Virus record (IMG/VR): IMGVR_UViG_3300006105_000040
Span: 1 to 41,725 of that record
DNA from: a virus
Taxonomy: Duplodnaviria; Caudoviricetes
Reading direction: 5' to 3' (one strand)
DNA length: 41,725 nucleotides
The notes below the pieces were generated by a model. The model saw nothing but the letters and a program-made list of their open reading frames with translations. It was not told the origin of the DNA and ran no database searches. A program made the position numbers and the translations under genes. Positions 18,940 through 28,492 of this stretch are shown in pieces (position 1 is the stretch's first letter; each line of letters opens with the position of its first letter).

Positions 18940-19069
18940 ATAGATAGGCTTTTTATTATTTTTTATAGAGACAACCTCTTATTTTTAGTATATATTACTT
19001 TTATATGATTGTTTTCAGTATTGATTCAATATCATTAAATTTATCATAGTTTATTTCTAACTTCATTTA

Positions 19070-20551
19070 CTAACTATTTATTTCAAATTTTATTTTACCA
19101 CAATCCCATATTTTATAAATATTATTTTCACTCATTATTTCCGATTCCGATTTTGATATATCAAATCCCATTTTTTTTAGACTCTTTTTTTGAAATCCCT
19201 GTTTATTTCTTCTTAATCCCTTTACATTATATTTATAATCCGGCTTTATTATAGATGATATCTTAAAATTATTTTTTAAATATATATCACCACAAGACCA
19301 GGAAATGTCAGCATATGTTATTATTCTATCAGGATTTTTTTTGGATATAAAAAATTTTAATAATTTGGAAAATCCACCAATTACACTATAATTTATCAAA
19401 GAGCAAAACCTAGATAAATTCCATCCATTTTTACTCATTTTAAATCTACCTTCTGATTTATCAAACGTCATTAAACTAACAAGTTCACCATTATAGAATA
19501 ATCCAATAGAATATTTATTAGATACATATCCTTGGATATGATTTTTATTTAAAAATTCTTTAGAAATTTTATTATCTACTTCAGATACATGACATTTTCT
19601 TCCATAAATACGATTATCTGTGACTCCTAGTAAATTACTTATTTGACTTTTTAATATTTCACTTTTATTTAACCAATCATCCTCCCAAATATGGATAATT
19701 CTAATTCCCTTTGCTTTAAAAAACTCTGATTTCATCTTATGATAATTTTTATCCAAATATTCTTCTGAATGCCAGTATAACCCATTGAATTCAAATCCCA
19801 ATTTTATATCTGGAAGATATATATCAATTTCAAGTTTATCTTTAAAGTTTCTTATAATATCTTTACTATAGATAGATTTTATAAATTTATAAAATTCTGA
19901 TTCTTTAATAGATGATGAATCTCCTATTGGGTTACAAATTGTACATATTGGAATATTTGATTTTTTTCTAGTATAATAATTATCATTTTTTATTTCAAAT
20001 GTGTGATCAAAATTATTATCACATTTAAAAAGAGATGTATTATCCTTTATATAATTTATATAATTAACATCACTTGATATTTTTGATGTTTTTAATCTTA
20101 TTTCTTCTGATTTTGATATATGCTCAACTCTATATTTCTTTAATAACGTTTGTTTTGATTTTTCCTTAAATATCTCGGATTGTTGTAAAAATTCAACTCC
20201 ATATTTTTCTAAATTTGTTAATTTAGTCTTTTCTTGAGTCTCCTTTAGTTGCATATGACTAATAACACCAATATTTTTAATATTTGTCTCTTTAGCCTTA
20301 TCAGATCCACAAATTTTTGAACAGGCATATTTATTACCAACTGAAATATTTCTATAATATTCTCTATAAGTAATTTCCACCTCTTTATTACAATAGTCAC
20401 ATATTACGTTTATTAGTTGCCTTGATCCAGTATTTAAATGATTAATATTCACATCAATAAACTCACCAGTTATATCATATCCAAGTGATTTAAAATATGG
20501 TAACTTTCTACACCCTTTAGTTGGAATTTTAATAAAATTATTTTTTAACAT
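19070..20551 (-). CDS. Hef-like homing endonuclease
   Basis: Same architecture (FEFNGLYWH, IWEDDW, NHIQG, TYAD); start ATG 20551 chosen from the late motif at 20556-20564. Confidence 0.75.
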   Translation of the reverse strand: MLKNNFIKIPTKGCRKLPYFKSLGYDITGEFIDVNINHLNTGSRQLINVICDYCNKEVEITYREYYRNISVGNKYACSKICGSDKAKETNIKNIGVISHMQLKETQEKTKLTNLEKYGVEFLQQSEIFKEKSKQTLLKKYRVEHISKSEEIRLKTSKISSDVNYINYIKDNTSLFKCDNNFDHTFEIKNDNYYTRKKSNIPICTICNPIGDSSSIKESEFYKFIKSIYSKDIIRNFKDKLEIDIYLPDIKLGFEFNGLYWHSEEYLDKNYHKMKSEFFKAKGIRIIHIWEDDWLNKSEILKSQISNLLGVTDNRIYGRKCHVSEVDNKISKEFLNKNHIQGYVSNKYSIGLFYNGELVSLMTFDKSEGRFKMSKNGWNLSRFCSLINYSVIGGFSKLLKFFISKKNPDRIITYADISWSCGDIYLKNNFKISSIIKPDYKYNVKGLRRNKQGFQKKSLKKMGFDISKSESEIMSENNIYKIWDCGKIKFEINS

Positions 20552-20587
20552 ATTATATATATTAAAATGTGGCAACTCCCTTTAATA

Positions 20588-20616
20588 AAAAAACCTTAAC
20601 ATTGTTAAGGTTTTTT
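20588..20616 (-). terminator. Intrinsic terminator
   Basis: aaaaaaccttaac-att-gttaaggtttttt downstream of gene 20642..21925. Confidence 0.75.
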
Positions 20617-20641
20617 AAGTTTTTCTAATTATTATATTAAA

Positions 20642-21925
20642 TTAAGCTCTTTCTCTTTCTTTATATTGTAATTCTTTAACTGATTGTAAATCTACTTCTA
20701 ATGATTTTCTTCTCTTTTCTAGATTTTCTAAAGCAACATTTAAAACATTAGATTCTCCTATGTATTTAATTGAAGTTTTTACTTTACTGATGTTAAATTT
20801 AACATCTTCTAATTTTAATGAAATTTCTCTTTCTTTATCTTCTAATTTCTTTTTACTTACTAATTCTTTACTTAATTTATTTTCATAAAAATATGTCAAA
20901 TCGTAATTTAATTCATTTCTAACCTCGTTTACTAATTCAATAGCTGATTCGTATTTGAAGAATGAATTACCATATCTTTCATCACATCTATAAAGATAAG
21001 TAGCATTTTTATAATTAAATGCAAATGCTTCTAAATAAGGATTAACTAAGTTAGAAACTCTCTTAACAACATCTAATTCAACAAATTTATCTAAATTATT
21101 TGAAGTTTCTAATAAAACAGGATAGAAATTTTTATTAACAATAGGAATGATAGGAGAACTGAATAAATTTTCTAAAGTTGTTTCTTTATTCATTTCATCA
21201 TCATTGATGAAGATAATTCCTTTTTTAGAAACAGATAAACCAACTGTTAAGTTTTCAGAAATTCTGAAATTAACTCTATCTTCAGTAATATCTGCATATT
21301 TCATAGCAGTTTCCAAAGTTCTTAAAACTCTTAATTTATTATTGTCTTTAACATGAGTCTCTAAAAGAGTTTTTTCAACATTATTCTCAGATAATAAGAA
21401 CCATGATTCCTTTACTAAACAAAGATATCCATCTTCAACTTGTTCAACAACAGTGAAAACGGACTCACCTTTACCACCTGATAGTAAATTTGCTTTTTGT
21501 TCTGGAGATTTTGTTAAATTATGAACGAATAATTTAATTTCAGGAACCCAATCATAAATAGCTAATTCATTAAGAACTTTTGACAATCTATCTTGATCAT
21601 TCTCTAAATTGATAGTTTGTAAAAGGACATTAATAGGTTGTCTATATAATTCTCCTTGATTTTTGCTATTCAAAACATTATATAAATGTTTTAATTCATA
21701 TAAAAGCTGATACTCTCTCATATCAGTATTAAGTGATTCAAGAAGTGATTTAACACTTTTATCAAAAGTATAAGTTCTTAATCTTTCATTAAGAGCGTTA
21801 ATAACTTGCTTCTCAGATAATTCATTGCATAATCCAATATAGGATTCAACTATCATTGAAACTTCTTCTTGATCCATACTTGAATTTTTTCTGAAATTAA
21901 ATAGTTCTAATTTAATATTCTTCAT
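20642..21925 (-). CDS. Hypothetical late protein, possible head core/structural protein
   Basis: 427-aa helical ORF with a C-terminal coiled coil and many L-x-E motifs; TTATATATA at 21956-21964. Confidence 0.55.
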   Translation of the reverse strand: MKNIKLELFNFRKNSSMDQEEVSMIVESYIGLCNELSEKQVINALNERLRTYTFDKSVKSLLESLNTDMREYQLLYELKHLYNVLNSKNQGELYRQPINVLLQTINLENDQDRLSKVLNELAIYDWVPEIKLFVHNLTKSPEQKANLLSGGKGESVFTVVEQVEDGYLCLVKESWFLLSENNVEKTLLETHVKDNNKLRVLRTLETAMKYADITEDRVNFRISENLTVGLSVSKKGIIFINDDEMNKETTLENLFSSPIIPIVNKNFYPVLLETSNNLDKFVELDVVKRVSNLVNPYLEAFAFNYKNATYLYRCDERYGNSFFKYESAIELVNEVRNELNYDLTYFYENKLSKELVSKKKLEDKEREISLKLEDVKFNISKVKTSIKYIGESNVLNVALENLEKRRKSLEVDLQSVKELQYKERERA

Positions 21926-22018
21926 AATAAATATTGTTTTTTATTTTATATAATCTATATATAATAAAATAAAAATGAATTTTTCCCATTTTTTATTAAT
22001 AGACATTACTATATATAT

Positions 22019-22795
22019 TTATTCCTGAAACTTATTTTTTTCACTTTGTTTATCTAACTGCTGTGAATCATTATTATTCCATTTTGATGGCTTTCCATTG
22101 CTTTTTGCTTCACGTAAATGCAAGTACCATTTAGTTCTTTTAGGATTAACTATGTCATTGCCATTATCATTTCTAAATGCCGGATAATAAGTATGAACTT
22201 CAAAAGAAACGGTTAACTTGATAGCATTATCACTGGTCATATTTTTTTCTCTTGATATATCAACTTGTTGATCATCAGGCATCAATAGAACAGCATCTAT
22301 ATTCATGAAATTGTGCTCAAAATACATAAACCTATAAAGCCACAAGGTATTAATAATTGCTTGACTACATTTAAATGAGTCGATTTCAGAATTTACCAAA
22401 ACCACTAAGTCATATTTAACTGAAATAGGAACTGCTCTAATTTTTGCTAAAACTTTTTTAATTTCTGTTTCATTTTCAACTACCATTCTTAACCAAACAT
22501 TCGGATTAGCAAATTCATCTGATTTGATATTAAATCCAGTCATAGTTAGATGACCTCTCGGTATAATATCAGTATTTAACTCAACATATCTGTTATCAGA
22601 AACTACATCATCAGTGAAGCTGTCTAGTAAAAATCTTTCATCACCTGTCATGGAGTAATAAAATGGTACCCTAACTTCTCTGTCACCAGAGGAAAAACGA
22701 TTCGTCCAGAAAACCTCTCCCTCAATTGTATCTAATACACAAACGGTTAAATCGCGAAAAAAGCAATCTTCGAAGTTGTAACGATCACCTATCAT
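22019..22795 (-). CDS. Tail sheath stabilizer/terminator (T4 gp15-like)
   Basis: VPFYY...ERFL...PRG...AVP...YDL pattern; structural context. Confidence 0.65.
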   Translation of the reverse strand: MIGDRYNFEDCFFRDLTVCVLDTIEGEVFWTNRFSSGDREVRVPFYYSMTGDERFLLDSFTDDVVSDNRYVELNTDIIPRGHLTMTGFNIKSDEFANPNVWLRMVVENETEIKKVLAKIRAVPISVKYDLVVLVNSEIDSFKCSQAIINTLWLYRFMYFEHNFMNIDAVLLMPDDQQVDISREKNMTSDNAIKLTVSFEVHTYYPAFRNDNGNDIVNPKRTKWYLHLREAKSNGKPSKWNNNDSQQLDKQSEKNKFQE

Positions 22796-23694
22796 AACCT
22801 TAAATTATTTTTATAATCCGATTCCCAAATAGAAACTATTTTATAACCCAATAGTTTAAGACATTCTTCTCTATCGATAGTTTTTTTGTATAGATATCCA
22901 AACTTTTTCCCATTTACATTATTAACATCATCTTGATTATATATATTCGGATTTCCATGCCAAAAATCTCCATAAAATTCATATATAATTTTATTTTTCA
23001 AGTCTATACCATCAACAAATACATTTCCTATTTTATATTGTCTGTAATCTTTATCTATATTAAATTCATTTAACCATATATTTTCAATTATTCCACCATT
23101 TCTATTACATATCCCACACCCCCTACCATTTAGATGTGAATTTGGTGTCATCTCGAATACCCCATGCTTAGAACAATTTATTTTAATTTTTTTATTGGAC
23201 TTTTTATAATCAGTCAGATCATATTCATATTTATCCTGATGTACTAAATTAGCTTTTTCGATGAAAGATTCTCTCGTTGAGGATCCCTTACCTATACTAT
23301 TACATTTAATACACCCACCAGTTTTGGAATCCAAGTGCTTCATTGGTGATTGATAAAATTCAAAATCATGTTTTTTACACCTTATGAGAACCTTATTTCT
23401 CATTTTAACATATTCCACTTTGGAATAGTCATATCTATCGGAATGTATTTTCCTAAATTTCGAAATTATATCATTGATATTGTTCTTCCTACTTTCTGAT
23501 CTTTTCAATAGTCCGCAATTTGGACATCCAGATACATAATGGGAGTTGGGAATCTGTGAGAATTCATCATGGTGTGGACAATTGATCAAAACTTTTGTTC
23601 TGTCATTTTTGTAATCAACCAGTGAATAGTCATATTTATCTCCGTGTTTTAATTTGGACTTTTCTATAAATTTATTGGTATCATACTTAATCAT
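22792..23694 (-). CDS. Homing endonuclease (repeated HGDKYDYS/CPxH zinc modules + Vsr-like nuclease)
   Basis: Three F..K...H..(K/R)Y(D/E)Y...C..H..F...P..H...GC..C repeats; VDG...YEFYGDFWHG...IWE. Confidence 0.8.
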   Translation of the reverse strand: MIKYDTNKFIEKSKLKHGDKYDYSLVDYKNDRTKVLINCPHHDEFSQIPNSHYVSGCPNCGLLKRSESRKNNINDIISKFRKIHSDRYDYSKVEYVKMRNKVLIRCKKHDFEFYQSPMKHLDSKTGGCIKCNSIGKGSSTRESFIEKANLVHQDKYEYDLTDYKKSNKKIKINCSKHGVFEMTPNSHLNGRGCGICNRNGGIIENIWLNEFNIDKDYRQYKIGNVFVDGIDLKNKIIYEFYGDFWHGNPNIYNQDDVNNVNGKKFGYLYKKTIDREECLKLLGYKIVSIWESDYKNNLRL

Positions 23695-23740
23695 TAATTA
23701 TATATTAATTTTATATCCTTCTCATTTTAATATATAATCT

Positions 23741-24068
23741 ATGAAGTATCTAAAGTATTTTGAAAATGTCGAATCGTCAGTTAGATCGAAACTGGAATCA
23801 ATTGTTTCTATGTATGAATATCTATGTGATAATGATAATATTACCATTTTTTAAAGGATCGGAAATGAAGTATATTGATGGTGTTAAGAGAATGAATGAG
23901 TACGGATACAATTTTACTTCATATGAAGAGAATTTTCAGGAAATTAACGATGATGAAAATGTAAAAATTAGTCATATACACATCTATTTTACAATAAGAG
24001 ATCCAAAATTTCTACCTGAACTAAAATCTACTTTCTTAAATAGAATAAAGAAATTTAAATTCTTTTAA
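23741..24068 (+). pseudogene. CTS-bearing gene interrupted by a +1 frameshift (or two small ORFs)
   Basis: Late motif 23728-23736; ATG 23741 reads MKYLKYFENVES...ITIF*, stop 23852-23854; the +1 frame continues KGSEMKYIDG to 24068. Confidence 0.5.
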
Positions 24069-24114
24069 TTGAACTTTTCAACTTGTGTCCATAATAATTA
24101 TATTAAATTGACAT

Positions 24115-25092
24115 ATGAAAGAACTTTTACTTAGTGAAAAGTGGAGACCAAAAAATTTAGAAAATATCATTCTTCTTCCAAGAATTAGAAAAATATTTGA
24201 ATCTGGGATTAAACAAAATGTCATTCTTTATGGACATTACGGCACCGGCAAAACCACACTTGCTAGAATTTTAATAGGCAAATATTCTAAAAATAAAGCT
24301 TTTCTTGAAATAAATTCATCATTTTATACATCAATAGATGTTCTTAGAACTAAGATTGATGACTTCTGTTCTAAAGTTTATATGGGATTAGACTTAGATA
24401 CTGAAGTTGAGATGGATCCTATCAAATATGTTTTTTTAGATGAGTTTGAAAGAACTTCTACCCAATATCAAGATGCACTAAAAGCCTATATTGAAGAATA
24501 TTCCGCTAAAAATGTGAGATTTATATTTAATACCAATCATATCAATAAAATTTCTGATGGTATTAAATCCAGATTAATGCAAGTAAATTTTGATTGTGTT
24601 AGTGCTGAAGAAGAAAAATTTCTTAAAACATCTATTTACAAAAGGATTATGGATGTTATTGCACCTAAAGAAAACATTTCACTAAAAAAAGAAGACCTAA
24701 TTAAGATTATCAATAAAAACTTTCCAGATTTTCGTTCTATTATGAATGAAATCCAACACTTTAAGGAGACTGGTGAGACTATTGTTGCTGCATCAGTTGT
24801 TAATCTTAAATTAAGAAATGATTTATATTCAATTGTATATGATAAATCAAAAACCTATGAAGATATTTATCACTTTTTAATGGATAACTTTGGTCCAGAA
24901 AAAATTGATGAAATGATATCTTTATTTGGAAGAAGTTTTATCCAATGGAGTTTTGCTGAGAAAAGAGAAAACATCGATAAATTATTTCAAGTTAATTATA
25001 TTTTAGCTGAAAATACTAGATTATTGGAAACTGCAACTGACCCTATTATTGTTGGTATGACGGTAATAGGAAGATTAAGAGACTTGTTTTAA
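24115..25092 (+). CDS. Sliding-clamp loader ATPase subunit (T4 gp44/RFC-like)
   Basis: EKWRPK, Walker A GHYGTGKT, Walker B LDEFE, IKSRL, FPDFR. Confidence 0.9.
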   Translation: MKELLLSEKWRPKNLENIILLPRIRKIFESGIKQNVILYGHYGTGKTTLARILIGKYSKNKAFLEINSSFYTSIDVLRTKIDDFCSKVYMGLDLDTEVEMDPIKYVFLDEFERTSTQYQDALKAYIEEYSAKNVRFIFNTNHINKISDGIKSRLMQVNFDCVSAEEEKFLKTSIYKRIMDVIAPKENISLKKEDLIKIINKNFPDFRSIMNEIQHFKETGETIVAASVVNLKLRNDLYSIVYDKSKTYEDIYHFLMDNFGPEKIDEMISLFGRSFIQWSFAEKRENIDKLFQVNYILAENTRLLETATDPIIVGMTVIGRLRDLF

Positions 25093-25151
25093 TCCTTCAT
25101 TTTTATTTTTAACTATATCTGTGCTGTAAAATTTTAATATATATTGCAATT

Positions 25152-25550
25152 ATGGCACAAACTTACGATTTTAGGGACTTTTATATTAGATACAAAGGGC
25201 ATCCTATGTATAAAGATGGAGTACTTGTGCAAGATGATGTCATACATGTTATTATTCAAAAATATGAAATGATATTATTTACCAACCAAGGTGAACTCTT
25301 AGGTGATCCAAATTTCGGATGCAACCTTGAGGAGTTATTATATGAAACTAGAGTTGATTCCAAAATTGTTGAAAATCAAATTAGAGCACAAATCTCACAA
25401 TATATTACAGAGTTAGATAGTATGAATTATAACCTAAATGTTGTTTTTGCACAAGATGTTGAGAATTATCAAGAAATGATGTATGTTTACTTTGAATTAG
25501 CAGATTACGAAGTATTTGCTCAAATAGGCACACAGTATGGTGGATTTTAA
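25152..25550 (+). CDS. Baseplate wedge protein (gp25-like)
   Basis: ILFTNQGELLGDPNFGCNLEELLYE motif; late motif at 25135-25143. Confidence 0.75.
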   Translation: MAQTYDFRDFYIRYKGHPMYKDGVLVQDDVIHVIIQKYEMILFTNQGELLGDPNFGCNLEELLYETRVDSKIVENQIRAQISQYITELDSMNYNLNVVFAQDVENYQEMMYVYFELADYEVFAQIGTQYGGF

Positions 25551-25597
25551 ATTTAAACTTTAAATATTTTTTAAAATAAAATTATAAAATATAATTT

Positions 25598-25897
25598 ATG
25601 AGGACTATTTTAATGCAATTTTGGGAAGAATCAGAAAGAGGATGGGGAATTAGACCCGATGGAGCTTCTTTACATATAGATAAACAATCACACAAAAGAT
25701 ATATAAAAGAGGTTTATAATGATAGAGATATTAACAATATCCCAAATGAGTATGAAAGAATTGTTGGGAATCCAATAGAAGTGAAGGTTGAAGACGAGAT
25801 ATATAATATTGTATCATCTGAAAAAACTTTAAGATTGGCTCAATTTCAATTAAGTAATTTAATTAAATTAAAAAATATTATTGTAGATGTTGATTAG
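25598..25897 (+). CDS. Hypothetical protein
   Basis: 99-aa ORF (WEESERGWGIRPDG). Confidence 0.6.
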   Translation: MRTILMQFWEESERGWGIRPDGASLHIDKQSHKRYIKEVYNDRDINNIPNEYERIVGNPIEVKVEDEIYNIVSSEKTLRLAQFQLSNLIKLKNIIVDVD

Positions 25898-26246
25898 TTT
25901 TTTACATAAAATGTTTCATATAATGTCTTTATTTTTTATTTGGTCAGAATTTTACCATATAAAATATAAAGATAGACTTTATGTAAGATTCAATGAAAGA
26001 AAAATAGACAAGACCACTTTTACAGATTATATTTTTTATATAACAAAGATTTTTTATTTTATCTGGGTATTAGTTGGATTATTTTCTGCCCATTCAATGG
26101 CTTTTTTATCTATTTTATTAATTTCTGCGATAAAATTTTTTATCGTTTTATTCAAAAGTAAAAGGGTTACTGATATCTATGACGTAATATGTAGTGTTTC
26201 ATGTATCTTAATTTTGGGATATATGTTTTTTAAATCAACCTTTTGA
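25887..26246 (+). CDS. Hypothetical multi-pass membrane protein
   Basis: Three to four hydrophobic segments. Confidence 0.55.
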   Translation: MLISFLHKMFHIMSLFFIWSEFYHIKYKDRLYVRFNERKIDKTTFTDYIFYITKIFYFIWVLVGLFSAHSMAFLSILLISAIKFFIVLFKSKRVTDIYDVICSVSCILILGYMFFKSTF

Positions 26247-26741
26247 TAAGTGTTGTTCTGTGATAATAATGAATTCAAATCCTTTTCTCTGACAATATTC
26301 TATCATATATTTCCACTTTGATAAATTCTTATTCCACATAATCAGGCTATATTTGAAATTCTTTAATTGTTTAGCTGTTGCATTTTGGGGTAATTTTGGT
26401 TCAACAGTTTCATTAGAAGGTTTTACTTCAGCAACAACCCTTGATATAGAACCATCAGATCTTTTTAACTCATAGTAAAAATCAGGATAATAGGTATGAG
26501 TTGTTGTTTCTAAGCTTTTGGTAACTTCATTATATTCAGTTTTTTGGTAAGGTATATTAAGACTCTCGGCTGACCATTTTAAAATATTATCATTACTATC
26601 TAACCAAATCATTATCTTCTTTTCCAATGAACTCCTATAATAGAGTCCACCGATTGAATTTAATTTAATTATCTTATCTTTATTTATTGGAGTGAACAAT
26701 CCTTGATGGTATTTTTTATTATTTGGTACGTTATTTATCAT
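26235..26741 (-). CDS. Head completion nuclease (T4 gp4-like, TnsA-type)
   Basis: YHQG.F.P.N..K, YRSSLE, WSAE...IPY, HTYYPDF, EVKP, N..KW, FIIITE; likely start MINNVP at 26741. Confidence 0.85.
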   Translation of the reverse strand: MINNVPNNKKYHQGLFTPINKDKIIKLNSIGGLYYRSSLEKKIMIWLDSNDNILKWSAESLNIPYQKTEYNEVTKSLETTTHTYYPDFYYELKRSDGSISRVVAEVKPSNETVEPKLPQNATAKQLKNFKYSLIMWNKNLSKWKYMIEYCQRKGFEFIIITEQHLSKG

Positions 26742-26830
26742 ATGATAATCTGTTTTTAATATATATAAATAATGAAGGTCCTCTGGGATTACTTCATTAC
26801 GAGGGCAGATCAATTTTTAATATATACTTT

Positions 26831-27742
26831 ATGCCAATTAGATTATCAATAGACGAATTCATTAGTAGATCCTCAAAATTATATAATAATAGATATGATT
26901 ACTCATTGGTACATTACCAAAATTGCATGTCAAAGGTTAAGATTATTTGTCCTGATCATGGAATATTTGAACAAACTCCACAGAATCATTTAAATGGACA
27001 TCCATGTAAAAAATGCTCAAGAAATATTGTATCATCATATCAAAGAAGGGGACATGAATTTATCGAAAAGTCAAATCTTAAATTTGATAGAAAATATGAT
27101 TATTCATTGGTTAACTATGAAAATAGGGCTAAAAAAATAAAAATTATTTGCCCTGATCATGGAGTATTCAAACAAACTCCAATCAATCATTTATCTAGAG
27201 GATGTAAAAAATGTTCGATTCTAAAAAAGGCCAATATTAACGAATCGATATTCATTAATAAATCAAATATAATACATAAGGATAAATATGATTATTCATT
27301 AGTGAGTTATAAATCCGATAAAATAAAGGTCGTAATAAAATGTAAAAAACACGGAGATTTCCTGCAACAACCAAATACGCACCTAAGTGGTCGTGGATGT
27401 CCCTCTTGTTCAAGTAGTAAAGGAGAAAATATGATCTTAAATTATTTATCAAAGAGGGGAATATTATTTGAGAAGGAAAAAAAATTTGAAAGATGCTCAA
27501 ATGTAAATAACTTATTATTTGACTTCTACATACCAAATTTAAATACTTGTATTGAATTTGATGGTAAACAACATTTTGAATCTATTAATTTTTTTGGTGG
27601 TGATGATCAACTTAATGATATCAAAAAAAGAGATCAGATTAAGAATCAATATTGCCTAGATAATAATATAAATTTAGTGAGAATACCATACTATGATATT
27701 AATAGTATAGATAAAATTTTAGATAGTATATGGGAGAATTAA
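26831..27742 (+). CDS. Homing endonuclease (YDYS/CPDHG repeats + PD-(D/E)xK nuclease)
   Basis: Three YDYSLV...C..HG.F.Q.P..HL...C..C repeats; SKGE, FDFY, IEFDGKQH; start ATG 26831 after the late motif at 26818-26826. Confidence 0.8.
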   Translation: MPIRLSIDEFISRSSKLYNNRYDYSLVHYQNCMSKVKIICPDHGIFEQTPQNHLNGHPCKKCSRNIVSSYQRRGHEFIEKSNLKFDRKYDYSLVNYENRAKKIKIICPDHGVFKQTPINHLSRGCKKCSILKKANINESIFINKSNIIHKDKYDYSLVSYKSDKIKVVIKCKKHGDFLQQPNTHLSGRGCPSCSSSKGENMILNYLSKRGILFEKEKKFERCSNVNNLLFDFYIPNLNTCIEFDGKQHFESINFFGGDDQLNDIKKRDQIKNQYCLDNNINLVRIPYYDINSIDKILDSIWEN

Positions 27743-28422
27743 TAGAAAGAATTAAGTTAAGTAACCTAGTGCATGGTGATGGAATTGCTGAAAATTTCAA
27801 AGCAAATTCAATATTCTTCCAAGAAGCATATTCCAAGTCTGATAAGAATGTAATGAGTATTCCAATAGGTAAAATACAAGTTGGTGGATTTTACTTTTTT
27901 TTTTATTTAGATGATTCCAATTGGATGAGATACTCCCCGGTATTCACCGTTGATTTTAAGAAATTTGATAATCTAATAATTGTATATGGAGTTAACTTCA
28001 ACTTCATACCACTTGAAATAAGATCAACTATTTTTGATAAATTTATGACCGAAGATAACTTTGAAAAAGATATATTACTCCCTGTGACCTATCAGGGTGT
28101 TTATAAAGAATTGTTGAAATATGGATTTGAATATGCTATAGTCGAATATAATCTAGCCCAGGTTAAGTATGTACATAAGATAAGTATGAATTTAGTTCCA
28201 AGATTTTTATATTCTCAACATCCAGTTAATAAATATGATCCAAATAAATTATACAGTATTTGGAGTGCTAAGATAGATGATAAAGCTGAACGTCACAGAG
28301 AAATGTCATCTGCTTTAATTAAAGATTTCTATACAGCTTCTGATGATATTTTAGATAATTATACACTATTAAAAAACCACATAGCCAGAATTCAAAAAAG
28401 TATAGATAAATATGGTGGATAA
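27730..28422 (+). CDS. DNA end protector-like protein (T4 gp2-like)
   Basis: GGFYFFFY...SPVF...GVNFNFIP..IR pattern; located near gp4. Confidence 0.55.
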   Translation: MGELIERIKLSNLVHGDGIAENFKANSIFFQEAYSKSDKNVMSIPIGKIQVGGFYFFFYLDDSNWMRYSPVFTVDFKKFDNLIIVYGVNFNFIPLEIRSTIFDKFMTEDNFEKDILLPVTYQGVYKELLKYGFEYAIVEYNLAQVKYVHKISMNLVPRFLYSQHPVNKYDPNKLYSIWSAKIDDKAERHREMSSALIKDFYTASDDILDNYTLLKNHIARIQKSIDKYGG

Positions 28423-28492
28423 ACTTATTTAATATATTATAGTATAACTCAATATGCTAAATTTAATATATATGAAAAAATATTTTGCTTAA

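Noticed and set aside
18955-18980. preQ1-I riboswitch-like string (AGAGGTTGTCTCTATAAAAAATAA, minus strand) before the sigma gene
   Set aside because: The stem and A-tract resemble preQ1-I, but the loop is far too short for the ligand-binding and pseudoknot bases, and the gene context is unrelated.
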